Origin: Naegleria gruberi
Taxonomy: Eukaryota
Strand: one strand, 5' to 3'
DNA: 64,000 nucleotides
Assembly: GCA_000004985.1 (NCBI GenBank)
Contig: GG738919.1
Below the pieces are notes generated by a model. That model had not been told where the DNA came from. It saw nothing but the letters and a program-made list of their open reading frames with translations, and did no database searches. A program made the translations under genes and the position numbers. Within the stretch, counting starts at the first letter, position 1. Every line of letters begins with the position of its first letter. Positions 24,837-36,373 of this stretch are shown in pieces.

Positions 24837-26921
24837 ATGTCGGATAGAAGATCCCCAACTCAGGGGACGCTTAAACTGCAGCAAAACAAGGCAAGGCCTG
24901 TGAGGATGGCCTCAAAGCTGCTAATTTCTCAAAAAACATCTGTAAATTTAAATGCAAATAGTACTAGTTTTGAAAATTCGCAATCCATCACATCACTTCC
25001 AGGTGGATCGAATCAAACACAAAATTCAATAACCATCATGTCTGATGAAACTAGGAAAATTGTAGATATGCTAAAGAAGGAAGTAGAAACACTAAAGTAC
25101 GATCTGACAAACTCTGAAACAGAGAAGGAAACATATGTATTTCAGATTGGTGAAATTAAAAAGAAAAATAGACGAGATATGGAAAGATTGGAACAGGAAT
25201 TACATGATAGAAAAGAAAAGCAACATAGTATGGAGGAAAAACTGTCACGTGTTGAACAAATTGAGGATGCAATCATTAAACTCTATCTCGAGTTGAAAGA
25301 TAGAAGTTATGAGGCTGTTGGAAGTGATGATGACATTAAAGAGATTGAAAAGAAAGAAAAAGAGGAGCTCAAAAAAGAGAACCCACTTGTAATATTGGAT
25401 AGATTAAAAGCAAACTTGAGAACTTTATTGGTATTTAAGGACGATTATGAGAATGAACTGAAAGATCAAATTAGACGAAGAAAAACTGAAGCTGAGTATA
25501 AGGTTGAAGAATTGAAAATGAAAATTGAACAAATGCAACAAGAGAAAGATGAATATAAGAGTGCTGCTATGAAAGCTATTGAATTGAAAGATCGAGCTGT
25601 CAGAGATCAAAATGATAATACTGACTCTTTCTCTAATGAGATTAATACCTTAAAACAGGAAAATAGCATGCTTGCCAGCGTTCTTGCAAAGAAAGAACAG
25701 GAAATAGACAAGCTTCACGAGATGATTGATCGAAGAGATTCAATTCTTCGACACAGAGAAGTTCAAATGATGAAAATTACTCAACTGGAGAGTAAAATCA
25801 AAAACGATAAGACTAAACACCAATTCGATATCAACAGGGAGAAATCTGAAAAGTATCAAGTTCTCAAAAAGTATGACAATGATATTAATTTTTACCAGAA
25901 AATGGAAAATGAAAAGAAGGAAATGGAAAATGAGTTAAACAAAATGCGAGACGAAGTTAAATCCCTAAAGACAAATGCTAGTAGAGAAAAAGTTCAAGAA
26001 TTAACAGAGGTGAATCAGAAACTTCAAGAAAGAGTCAATTCATTAACCGAGGAGCTTAAGAAATACCAAGCAGAGTCACGATCTTTGAAAATCCAAGTCT
26101 CCAATTTGAGAAGATCCCAAGTTGAAATGAAGCAACAATACTTGAACATTTTCAATGCCAATTTAGAAGAAAAGAAGAAGAGGAAGGCCCAAGAAGAAGC
26201 CAATATCAAGGAACAAATTGAAAGACATTTCCACGAAAATGCTGAAAGAAATCCTCAATTGGCATCGTATTACAAGAAGAAACTGAAAGAGAAGGAGAGA
26301 GAAGTGGAAGAACTTGGAAAGAGGTTGAAGAGAATGATTCTTCACCAAAACAGAGAAAATCAAGTGGAAAAGAATTTTATCAAGGAAAAGACTTACTTGA
26401 TTGGAGAATTAACACAATTAAGAAGACAGATACCTAATGCCATCCCAAATGATGATTACACAAATCCAAACAGTCATGCTGCTCTCTTACAAAGAAATTC
26501 CTACCTTGAAGAAAAACTTAGAGACTATGAGAATTTACAAATCATTTCCAAATCTTCAACTGTAAGTTTTGTACATAGTATTTCATATTTATTGACTGTT
26601 TAAAAGGTTGCTTATGAAAAGATTGCAACAAATAAGATCAATACCTCTATAGATTTGGACAAGTCTGCATTTACAGACCTTCAAGAATATGTGGATGGTC
26701 CTGTCCCTGATTCACCAGCCAGCGTCAAGACACCTTCATTAGCCTTACCAGAATACAAATCTGGTAGACCATTATCTGCTACATACGCAACTTCAAAGAG
26801 AAAGGTTGGCGTTGCTCTGCCTCCTGCTGGCTCTCGACCCTTATCTGCTGGTCCCAGAAGACCCGTCTCTGCACGATTCGTTCAAAGACCAGTACAGGTT
26901 GGAACTTTAACAAACCAGTAG
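24837..26921 (+). CDS. long coiled-coil protein with basic Ser/Pro-rich C-terminal tail carrying RPLSA-type repeats; two exons
   Basis: Exon 1 is 24837..26561 (donor GTAAGT). Exon 2 is 26607..26921 (acceptor TTAAAAG); the intron is 45 nt. The ORF-track ORF at 26655 starts on TTG. Charged heptad-like sequence throughout. Tail contains GRPLSATY / SRPLSAGP / RRPVSARF. Confidence 0.55.
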
Positions 26922-27090
26922 GCGAATTCATGTTGTTGAATACTGGTGTAAAGGTCTGTTGCTATGATTAAGGTTTGGAGCATTGAGTCAGTCAAGAAAT
27001 GTAATACGTTTTGGAAATAATCCAACCAATCATAAAAATTAAAAATATTTAAAATTTAAACGAATAATTTATTACTACTTAGGAGGAGTT

Positions 27091-29955
27091 TCATTGTTGG
27101 AATGAAAGGAAGTTTGTGGTGGAGGTTGGAGTTGAGCTTGGTTGTGGTGCTTCTTTTTCTCTCTTCTTGGACTTAGAAGTTGTACCACTTGAAGATGGTG
27201 TAGAAGTGCCTCTTAGATAAGCATCATTATAAAGAGTCTTGACATCTGGCCTTTTTGACATTTCATGTGTAAGGCAACGTCTGATAAATTCCTTAGCTTC
27301 TTCTGAGACAGCAGGTTTATCAGGAAAACCAACTTGGGTGGCATTTACGATTGTTCCTTCGCTAAGAATTTTTTGTTGTGAAAGGTTGTTTCCAAATGGT
27401 TTTGTACCGTACAACATTTGGAAAAAGATTACACCCGCCGACCAAACATCAACCTTGTTTGAAATTTTAGGTGGTGGACCTTCACCTGATGGGTTATAAA
27501 AACATTCTGGAGGTAAATACCAATATGTTCCTGCACCCTGTGATGTCAACTCTATAGACTCTTCTTCATCCATAATTTTAGAAAGACCAAAATCTGTAAT
27601 CTTAATATTTCCATCCTTATCAAATAAAATGTTAGCAGGTTTCAAATCGTAGTGAATAACTCTTTGCTTTTGTTGGCATAAATAGTTAAGTCCACTAAAT
27701 ATTTGAGAAATGATATTCTTGGCTTCTCTTTCTGGTACTCTTTGGTGCTTTTTAATGTACAAATCCAAATCAGCACCCTCACAATATTCCAATACTGTAA
27801 CAAAAGTGTTATTGTCAAAGACAAAAGTGTCATACATCTTGATAAGCTTTTCATGATTAATGCTTTGATTAATTTGACATTCTCGCAACACGTGTTTGAT
27901 ATAATTCTCCTTTCGGTGCTCTTTCCAATTTGGATTCAGTTGATGTATTTTACATGCCACAACTTTAAAGTCTGTGAGATCATAGGCCTTGTAGACTTCA
28001 CTAAAGCCTCCTTTACCAAGCATTTTCATAAGGAAGTATTCATGATGATTACTTGGTTGTGGTTGTTGACCATTAATTTGAGGTGTTCCAGGACCATCTG
28101 GTGTGGTTGGAATATATTTTTGGTGTCCAATGATTGGATAATTCTTAAACATTGACTTTTCTTGATCTCTAATACGTTTGATTTCTCTGATCTGTATACT
28201 CTTTTCAATCAAGAGGTTCTCTTGTTCTGCAATATTTTGAGTTTCTTCCTTCTTGAGATGTATAAGTTTTAACTTGACTGTTTCCTCTTGCTCATTTAGG
28301 TCGTGCAATTGTTCTTCTAATTTTCTTATAAATTCGGCATCGTTTGTAGTAATTTGTTCCTTCTTCAATTGTTGTCTTTGTTTTTGAATATTCTTCTTTT
28401 GCTTTTCCAATTTGTCTTTTTCTGTCGTTATTCTATTTTCATTTTCTTTCAATTGTTGGAACAGTGTACCATCTTGCCAAACTTCATAAACGTCCAATCC
28501 TTTTTGATATGTAATAGTACCTATTGTTATTGACTTTTCATTAACCTTTTTCTTATCCTCAATTCTTTCTCTTTCAGCCCTTTCTCTTAAAAATTGGACT
28601 GCAATTTCTCTGAATCTCTTATTACGTTCGTTGTTTTTAATATCATAGTCATGGATTGCATTCTTCATTTGATTGATTTCACTCTCATAACCCTTTGTCT
28701 TGGATTCAGAATTTTCAAGCGATTTGTCTTTTTGTTTCAATTGCTCTTTAACATGTTCGAGTTCTAGTTGTAATTTGGCAATCTGTTGTTGATAAGCTTC
28801 AATGTTACTTTGAACGCCTGTATTATTTATGGCACTGGAACCCATACTAGAATTGGAATTGTAAGACATCATAAAACTGTTACTATTATTGCTAGCGTCA
28901 ACATATAAACTATTACTGTTTTGATTAGAGGAAGAAGATGCCATATTGGATTGACTCTTCTTTGAAGTGCTAGCTTGAAGACTTTGAAACATTTGAGGAA
29001 GTGTCTTTTGCTTCTTGTTTGAAGGCTCCACAAGTTCCTCACCCTCAATACTTAGAGAGTTTTCTTGTTTGTTACAATTTAAAGTAGTATTATTGCTGTT
29101 AGGAGGTGCGAGGTAAATTACAGGAGATGTTTGAGGTAGTGATTGAGGTTGGTTGGATTGATAAGTAGTACTGTTTTCAGTAATGCTCGATGAAACAGAT
29201 GAAGGAATAGTAATTTGATTATTGTTGTTGTTGTTGTTCGTACTGGTGTTGATAGTATTGTTTGAGTACTTGTCACCAGAGTTTTGTCCACTAATAATAT
29301 TAGAAGCATTATTATTGGAGGATCCAGCATTGTTTGTTGAAGAGGAAACTCCAGAAGATGAAGCTTGTTGAGCGGTAGATACAGGCTCACCATCGTCTTT
29401 CCTCATTCTCATATATCTGCTCTTGATTTGTTCCTTTGTTCTTTCGATACATGCATACTTTGCGACACCATCCCAATCAATGTTATTGTCCTTCTTATGT
29501 TTTGCAATTCCTTCTTTAATCTTTTTATCTTCTTCTGGGGTAAATCTTCTTCTCTTCTTTGCCGCAGCAGCAGCTGTTGAAAGATGAGCAGCAGCAGGAT
29601 TTGAAGTAGATGATGATCCTGTACTACTACCTGGAGCACCATTACCAGAACTTGATTTGTGGAGGTTGAAACTGCCTTGATTACCACTACCCATATTAAA
29701 ACTTTGGTGGTGGTCCATATTATTCACTCCATACATATTGTCATCTTCTTCTACAAGATGATCATCATTATCTCTCATCATTGCATTATTTACAAAGGTC
29801 CTTTGTAGGCCTGGTTGATATTCAGAAGACTCTTCACTGTTTACGCTTTCTTCCATGTGTTCTTCAGATTCGTCATTAGAGAGTGATACTGTTGTGCCAA
29901 ATCCCTGCGGAGAAGTTGGTTTAGAGTTGTTAGACTCTCCCGCTGTATGTTGCAT
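27091..29955 (-). CDS. TLK: Tousled-like Ser/Thr protein kinase with N-terminal Myb/SANT-like region and central coiled coil
   Basis: 954-aa single ORF with an ATG start. The C-terminal kinase domain carries TLK-specific motifs (GKGGFSEVYKAYDL, HYDLKPANILF, ITDFGLSKIMDEE, GAGTYWYLPPECF, PPKISNKVDVWSAGVIFFQMLYGTKPFG). Myb/SANT-like RRRFTPEEDKKIKEGIAKH..IDWDGVAKY..RTKEQIKSRYMRMRK at about 29397-29559. Confidence 0.85.
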   Translation of the reverse strand: MQHTAGESNNSKPTSPQGFGTTVSLSNDESEEHMEESVNSEESSEYQPGLQRTFVNNAMMRDNDDHLVEEDDNMYGVNNMDHHQSFNMGSGNQGSFNLHKSSSGNGAPGSSTGSSSTSNPAAAHLSTAAAAAKKRRRFTPEEDKKIKEGIAKHKKDNNIDWDGVAKYACIERTKEQIKSRYMRMRKDDGEPVSTAQQASSSGVSSSTNNAGSSNNNASNIISGQNSGDKYSNNTINTSTNNNNNNNQITIPSSVSSSITENSTTYQSNQPQSLPQTSPVIYLAPPNSNNTTLNCNKQENSLSIEGEELVEPSNKKQKTLPQMFQSLQASTSKKSQSNMASSSSNQNSNSLYVDASNNSNSFMMSYNSNSSMGSSAINNTGVQSNIEAYQQQIAKLQLELEHVKEQLKQKDKSLENSESKTKGYESEINQMKNAIHDYDIKNNERNKRFREIAVQFLRERAERERIEDKKKVNEKSITIGTITYQKGLDVYEVWQDGTLFQQLKENENRITTEKDKLEKQKKNIQKQRQQLKKEQITTNDAEFIRKLEEQLHDLNEQEETVKLKLIHLKKEETQNIAEQENLLIEKSIQIREIKRIRDQEKSMFKNYPIIGHQKYIPTTPDGPGTPQINGQQPQPSNHHEYFLMKMLGKGGFSEVYKAYDLTDFKVVACKIHQLNPNWKEHRKENYIKHVLRECQINQSINHEKLIKMYDTFVFDNNTFVTVLEYCEGADLDLYIKKHQRVPEREAKNIISQIFSGLNYLCQQKQRVIHYDLKPANILFDKDGNIKITDFGLSKIMDEEESIELTSQGAGTYWYLPPECFYNPSGEGPPPKISNKVDVWSAGVIFFQMLYGTKPFGNNLSQQKILSEGTIVNATQVGFPDKPAVSEEAKEFIRRCLTHEMSKRPDVKTLYNDAYLRGTSTPSSSGTTSKSKKREKEAPQPSSTPTSTTNFLSFQQ

Positions 29956-30016
29956 TGAAATTGATGATGATAATTAAAAGATAATTGTAAAATAATATAA
30001 CAATACAATTATCAAA

Positions 30017-30062
30017 ATAATAATAATATAATAATAATAATAGTAATAATAATAATAATAAA
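30017..30062. repeat. imperfect (AAT)n microsatellite
   Basis: aataataataatataataataataatagtaataataataataataa in the AT-rich region just upstream of the TLK start. Confidence 0.8.
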
Positions 30063-31204
30063 TTCAATTCTGATGAATAGATTGATGTTGAATTAAATTC
30101 TTTTTTGTTTGTTGTTGTTGTTAGAAGTGGAAGAAGAAGTTAAATTTCCTCGTCCTTTGTGTGTTCTAATATTCGCCAAAAATCAACGATAATAAACACC
30201 TATGAAGAAAAATCGAAAAAACTACTACTAGATAATTGAAAGAAACACAGTCCGTCTGAGACGTCTGAAAAAGCCTTCTGCTCTCTCGAGTGATGAAGCA
30301 AAACAAAGGCTCTGTGTCTAATAAAATGATAAGGGTTTTTTACCGCTTTGCAAATTTTATCTGGTCGCGCAAGGAGTGGTTTCCGTTTCACTGCTGGAAG
30401 ATGAGATTAAAGGGTGATTATTTTGGCCTCTCCTCCGTGTTGTAAGATTGTTGAGAGTTCTTGCAAAGGCACCACTCTATCACAATTCAATAGATGAAAT
30501 CGATTTGTACGATAATGTTGGAGTGTACAAAGCTACTTGTATGGGTGATCTCCCAATCAATGATGATGAAGGATTTTGTTGTGTGTTATTGTTGTAATAT
30601 TTATCGGCGCAATAGAACAATGTTGATAATGTTGATAATATTGTTCTTTCTTGTTCCTTGTTTGTTAACAAACTTTTGAGTAGTGAATGAGAAGTTGTTT
30701 GATTTCTTTACAACAAGTTGTTCAACTGTAATTGTGTTGAAACAATTTTTTGGTGATTTACTTCAAATTGCTTCCATGCCTATTGTAAAAAGCTTGAGAA
30801 AAAGATGTTTGGCAATTACTCTATTCTCATCTGTTTATTCCTAATAATCATTATCATGGAACATCCTATTTCCATAGCTGATTGAGATAAGATGATTCAA
30901 TCGAATTCCAATGCACAATAAAGGTGATAGGCACTACAGATAGATTCCAGCCAACTGTCTATTATCGATTGAATTAGTATTCTTGCCACGTTATTGTAGA
31001 ATGTACTTTTTGGATGAATGCGTTAAAAACTCAATTGGAAATAGGGTTATACCAACTATCTTGATTGGGAGAAAATCAATGATTAACTGTTGAGAATATT
31101 GCAAAATATCTCCATTATTGGTCTGTTGATAAATGATATCCTCAATACTTTGATATCATTTATTCGAAGATTTGCAACTTTTAAGGGATGAAATGTATCC
31201 ATTA

Positions 31205-32624
31205 TTAATAAGCCAAACCTCCACCACTAATAATTGTCCTGATTGAAATGTCACTCAGCTTTGAGTTGTCAATTCTTCTCTTGAGAAAGACAAAATGTTT
31301 GGAAATTTTCATATCTGTTTTCAAGTAAAAAGCAATGTGATAATATCTGGCACTGACACCAACAATTTCTGGAGTGACTGGTGTCTGGAAAATATCATTG
31401 TAATCCATATCGAGTTCATAGTATTCATCCTCTCCATCTCCCAGAGTGAATGTATTGTTGTTTCCTCTAATATGAATACAATCGGGTCTAGAGATGGACA
31501 ATAATTGCTCACACATGTTCACATCCAGTGCATCATTGAACTTTTCCAACCCTTTGAAAAGGAGAACATCAAATTTAGGATATCTCGATGAACCCAATCT
31601 ATCAATGGTTCTATCACTCTTAAGGAAGAGAGTAAAATCAGATCCACAATTAATACCAATTGGTTTTTCTATTTGATTATCCAGAAAGACTTCCTGAATT
31701 CCCTTCCTTGAAGTATTGTAGACACTGCCCAATTGATCCCTCGAATTACTTCCACAACAGAAAATACGACCATCCTTAAGGAGGGCAACAATGTGAAATG
31801 CTCCTGATTTGAGTTGGTACACAGGGGAAGGGAAGGTTTTAAATGTTTTGGTGATAACGTGTCGAGAATTTACCAAATTAGGTGTTTGAGTTCTGTTCGT
31901 GATAGAGAGAGAAATTTGTTAAACATTTTGATTGAGGTAAAAACTTACTCATCTGCAATCCAATCTTGTCCTGCAACTCTCATATCTGTTCCATTGATAA
32001 TAACGACTGAGAATGAAAAACAGCAAGTCATATGAGTACTTTAAACAGTTAGTATAAATGCAGAACTCTCAATACTTACATTATATCTCCTTCCTTCTTT
32101 CCATAATCAATTTTGAGTGGGTTGGCATTGCTTTTGTGAGTTGAAGAGCTATAGACACTGAATTGACCATAATCATTAGCCCCAATTCCATACAATTCGT
32201 CATTTCTAGTTGCAACAATGCTGTAAAATCCTCCACTCGATATCATTTTCACTGGTTTATCTTTGAGCTGATGTAAATAATAGACTGATCTTGTAGCAAA
32301 TGAATCCAATGGTACAGTAGTAAGTCCCATATGAAAACACGTTCTATTAATTCCCATTGTGTAGAGTGAACCATCCGAGAGGAGAATGAGAAGAAAGTCT
32401 GAACCAATTGATACTTGATCAATGTGTGATTCCAATGCTGAAAAGAAGACATCATAATCCTCGTTTCTGTAATTTCTACATTGGTTGGCAATATTGATTT
32501 TTACAAAGTTAGGTTTCTCCCTATGAGTCAAAACTGGTGAATGATCAGGTGCAGTTTCTTGTAAATTCTCTGTCACCTTGTTAGTCAGATGTCTTCCAAG
32601 AAGATATAACGTTGCTCCACTCAT
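31205..32624 (-). CDS. RCC1-repeat (regulator of chromosome condensation-like) protein; three exons
   Basis: Exon 1 is 32080..32624 (true ATG at 32622-32624; donor GTAAGT). Intron 1 is 32039..32079 and contains TACTAAC. Exon 2 is 31949..32038. Intron 2 is 31893..31948 (GTAAGT...ACAG). Exon 3 is 31205..31892. RCC1-like blades (GSDFLLILLSDGSLYTMG; YSIVATRNDELYGIGANDYGQ; FHIVALLKDGRIFCCGSNSRDQLG). Confidence 0.65.
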
Positions 32625-33252
32625 GATTCTCTTCAATTCTCTCTATTCTTGTTTTTTCCGGTTGTGAAAAGTGTGACAATTTTGATTATCTGAATAAATT
32701 ATTATTACTAGTAATTCGCTATTAATTATAATAGTAGAAACCCAAAGATGAAGTATTGACAATCTTTTTGATTATTATTTGAATCCATTCTTCATCTTTG
32801 GTTGACATTGAATTTGGTTAGTTTCCAAAAACCTCTTTGTGGAAAATTAAAAAGGCAACCCAGTGTTATGATGACAAGTAAAGATGTCTTCATCAATTAA
32901 TGAAGAATTATTATTAATAATAATAATGCAATGTTATTATTCGGTTGAGAGAGGAATGTAGTGAATGAAAATTGTTTCATGATACTTTAATTTTGATTTT
33001 CCGAAGAATATCTAATATTGTTGTTGTAATTGTTAATGATGAGGAATTTAATAGCCAAAGAAGAACTATATCTTTAATATTAATAATCCAATCCAATATT
33101 CCAAATTATTCTAATGATGAAAGCTTCTTTGCTCTTTTTCTGGCTTGCAGATATTATGAGAGCATTTTTGCCATAGCAAACTTTGGTTGTAAAACGATGT
33201 AGTCAACGAATAATTAAAAAACTTGTTGAAAAAAAAATACGCAAAAGTCAAA

Positions 33253-33802
33253 ATGGTACGTACTGCAGTCACTCTCTTAAAAAATATTTACCTTCTCTTT
33301 TCTAATTAATACTTGCTTGGTATGAATTATTTACTTACTCTTGAACATATTATAGGCCACAACTAAGAAGAAGTGTAGAAAGATGAGAGGTCACGTCTCT
33401 CACGGTCACGGTCGTATCGGTAAGCACAGAAAGCACCCTGGTGGTCGTGGTATGGCTGGTGGTCAACACCATCACAGAATCTGGGTTGACAGATTCCATC
33501 CTGGTTATTTCGGTAAGATCGGTATCAGAAGATTCCACATGAATAAGAATCACTTCTTGACAAATTGTCTCAATGTTGACGAATTGTGGAAGGTTGCCGG
33601 ACAAGAAGTCTACCAACAAGCCAAGGAAGGTAAATTCGGTGGTAAGGCTGTCGTTATTGATGCTCACAAGGCTGGTTTCGACAAGATCATGGGTAGAGGT
33701 GACTTGCCAAAGATCCCAATCGTCGTCAGAGCTAGACTCTTCTCCAAGTCTGCTGAAGAAAAGATCAAGGCTATTGGTGGTGTCTGCGAACTCACTGCTT
33801 AA
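33253..33802 (+). CDS. rpl27a: 60S ribosomal protein L27a (uL15); the first exon is the ATG only
   Basis: ATG at 33253-33255 is immediately followed by a GTACGT donor. The intron is 33256..33355, 100 nt, with acceptor TATAG. Exon 2 is 33356..33802. The spliced protein is [37 protein letters not shown]..., the canonical L27a N-terminus. Confidence 0.85.
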
Positions 33803-33931
33803 ACTTCTTTCCAAACTATAAAAAAAATTATTTAAAATCATTATTCTTGTTGATTTTTGTTCATCTCCAAGAAATTCTAGCAAGTGTTTTACCAGTCAAT
33901 TTGGATATTGGAAGATTGAAAAAGGTTGAAT

Positions 33932-34711
33932 TTATTTTGACATGGCACTCCAATGTTTGTGAGTTTGGTTGATAATGTGCTTAGCATAGGCCTTATCTAA
34001 AACTGTGGTATTGAATCCAAAATGATTTTCAGGTTTTCCATCGGTAGTCTTGTACATTCTAAACCAATCAATGATATCATTAATCTTTCCCTTTGGAATA
34101 TCATAAATGTCCTGTAAATCTTCATCTGGTTGTTGTGTTGAGGTTTCAGATTCTGAAACAACTCTACCAATAACTTTCCAATCCATTTCACCTTCATCAA
34201 TCATTGCAAGAATTCCAAAAACTTTGATTTTATAAACTTCTCCCATTTCCAAAGCAACATCACTAATTTCCACAACATCAATTGGATCATTGTCACCTTG
34301 AACAGCAACAGTTGGTTGATAAACACCATCCTTAACTTGTCCAAAAGGAACATGAATTAATTTCTTTGGATCTTCCCAAGTTTGAGGAAGCATTCCGTAA
34401 TTGAAAGGAATTCCACCAGCATCAAGTCTATAAGTAAATTCTCTGAGTTTTCCCTTCTTTTCATCTTGAATTATTGGATTAAATTGCTCCTTTGTATTGA
34501 CTTCCATCTTTTTCAGAGTGTGCATTGGAATTTCATTAACAAAATAGTAATGATTAGCACTTGCTTGAAGTGGAATATCATGCCACGGAGAAATGAATGT
34601 ATTCTTATTGATGGATCGATACATGATTTTAAAGCCATGATTTCCGAGGGTTCCCTCCAAAACTTTAGAAATTGAAAGTTTGCCCATTTGCGAGCAAATT
34701 TGTGAAGCCAT
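33932..34711 (-). CDS. ppa: soluble inorganic pyrophosphatase (family I)
   Basis: DNDPIDVVE signature, FNYGMLPQTWEDP, and a conserved core. The ORF track begins on TTG at 34726; the true ATG (MASQIC...) is at 34709-34711. Confidence 0.9.
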   Translation of the reverse strand: MASQICSQMGKLSISKVLEGTLGNHGFKIMYRSINKNTFISPWHDIPLQASANHYYFVNEIPMHTLKKMEVNTKEQFNPIIQDEKKGKLREFTYRLDAGGIPFNYGMLPQTWEDPKKLIHVPFGQVKDGVYQPTVAVQGDNDPIDVVEISDVALEMGEVYKIKVFGILAMIDEGEMDWKVIGRVVSESETSTQQPDEDLQDIYDIPKGKINDIIDWFRMYKTTDGKPENHFGFNTTVLDKAYAKHIINQTHKHWSAMSK

Positions 34712-35016
34712 TTTTTTTTCAATCAATTTGGGAACTTTTAGAATTTTTTTATTTGAAAATTGAAATGTTATGAAATTAAATGTTTAATCATTAACATTAT
34801 TGAAATTTACAATTTTTTCATATGAAAAAACAAATAAATTAAAAAAATTGTTGTTTTTATGAAACTTAAAAATGGAAATTCTTAAATTTGGAAAAAGCGA
34901 AGGGTGTTTCTTTTTAATACTGATGATTACTGATGCCTAATTGTTTATGATATATCTCTCAACAATTGCCTTTGATTATTAGTTCTATCTCTTATCATTT
35001 CAAATCTCAAAAAGAA

Positions 35017-36290
35017 ATGCCACCTTTCAAACAATTAATCACCGAGCAGTTTCATCGACCTGCTAATCAGAACAACGACAATTGGAGTTTTTTTTCATTG
35101 TTAGAATCGAATATAAATTCATCTTCATATTCGAAATTTGATTTAATGGATACTAATGTTACACTTTCGAATTTGGATCCTATTCCTCAATCGATTGGAG
35201 CAATTACAATATCAAGTACATTTTTAGTATTATTTAATATCTTGATGATTGTTATTGCTTCGTCTTTTATTCGAACTAAAATACGAAAGGAAATGAAACG
35301 AAATCAAATTATAATGGTAGGAATGGTTTTTATTCTATCCATTGTTCAATGTATTGGAATACTTGGGAGGAATATTTATGATATCATTTCCATTATCATT
35401 AATAATCAATATAATACTTTCGTCCAAAATACCTATTCATCTGAATCTCAAGAATTCATTGACACTTTCGAATATCACAATTGCTCGATTACAACCACTC
35501 AAGCAGGCATCAAATTTTCCCATGTTGTAGCCATGCATCTAACAGGTTCAATTGAAGTTCTTTTCATTGTTGGAAATCTCATTACAATGGTTGTAATCAT
35601 GAGCTTTGTAGGACATGTCTTTCTAGAAACTGTCAAGATTGCAGGAAGTTTCGAAGAGGCAAACTCACGACTAACAAAACGACTCATGATTATCCAGAAT
35701 TCATTCACTATTTTTTTCTGCGTTTCATTTGGTTCGATTGTTGTGGCTATTGCAGTGCTTTTCTTTTTCATCAAGATTCACTTTATTGAGGATTATCAGT
35801 TTCTGCTATTTATGATTGGATATATTATTTACTTTTTGCAGATTGTCATTAATTTGGTCATTTCAATGGTAAGTTTAAAGTTTTCATTGGAGAAAAATTT
35901 ATTCGAAATATGAAGATTGTTGCTTTCAAGGTTTTGAAAACAATTAAAACAAGAGCAACTAAGACAAACAAACAACAATCACAAAGACCAATCATTAAGG
36001 TTATTACACTGCAGTTGGCTCTTGTTTTTTCTGCTCTGTCACAAATCATCGCGATCGGTTGTGCCACAGCTTTGGATGACTGGAGTTACATGACACTGTT
36101 CTATAATTTCATCAATTCTGCTGGAATTTTAACATTTGGAATTGTAACTGTTCTATTATATCAGCCAATATTTACAGAATCTGCAAGAGCAGTGAAAGAA
36201 TTGAATAATCAGAGTGAAACTTCTTCTGGAAGGAAAAAATCATTGTTTAAAAAAGCTCAAACAATTCCAACAGAAAATTCTAATGTTTGA
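35017..36290 (+). CDS. seven-transmembrane receptor-like protein; two exons
   Basis: The ORF-track start at 34966 is TTG; the first ATG is at 35017. Exon 1 ends at 35868 (donor GTAAGT). Exon 2 starts at 35916 or 35931 (both in frame) and runs to 36290. Seven hydrophobic helices are counted across the two exons. Family not recognised. Confidence 0.5.
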
Positions 36291-36373
36291 TTGAATTGAC
36301 CCCTTATTAATAAGTATATGAGTTAAATAACGTGAAAGAAGATATTTTGATTCAATAAGTTAATTTTATGTTT

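Noticed and set aside
30230-30480. GCGCAAGGA motif resembling part of U6 snRNA
   Set aside because: The rest of the U6 consensus (5' stem-loop, ACAGAGA box) is absent on both strands. It is not an snRNA gene.
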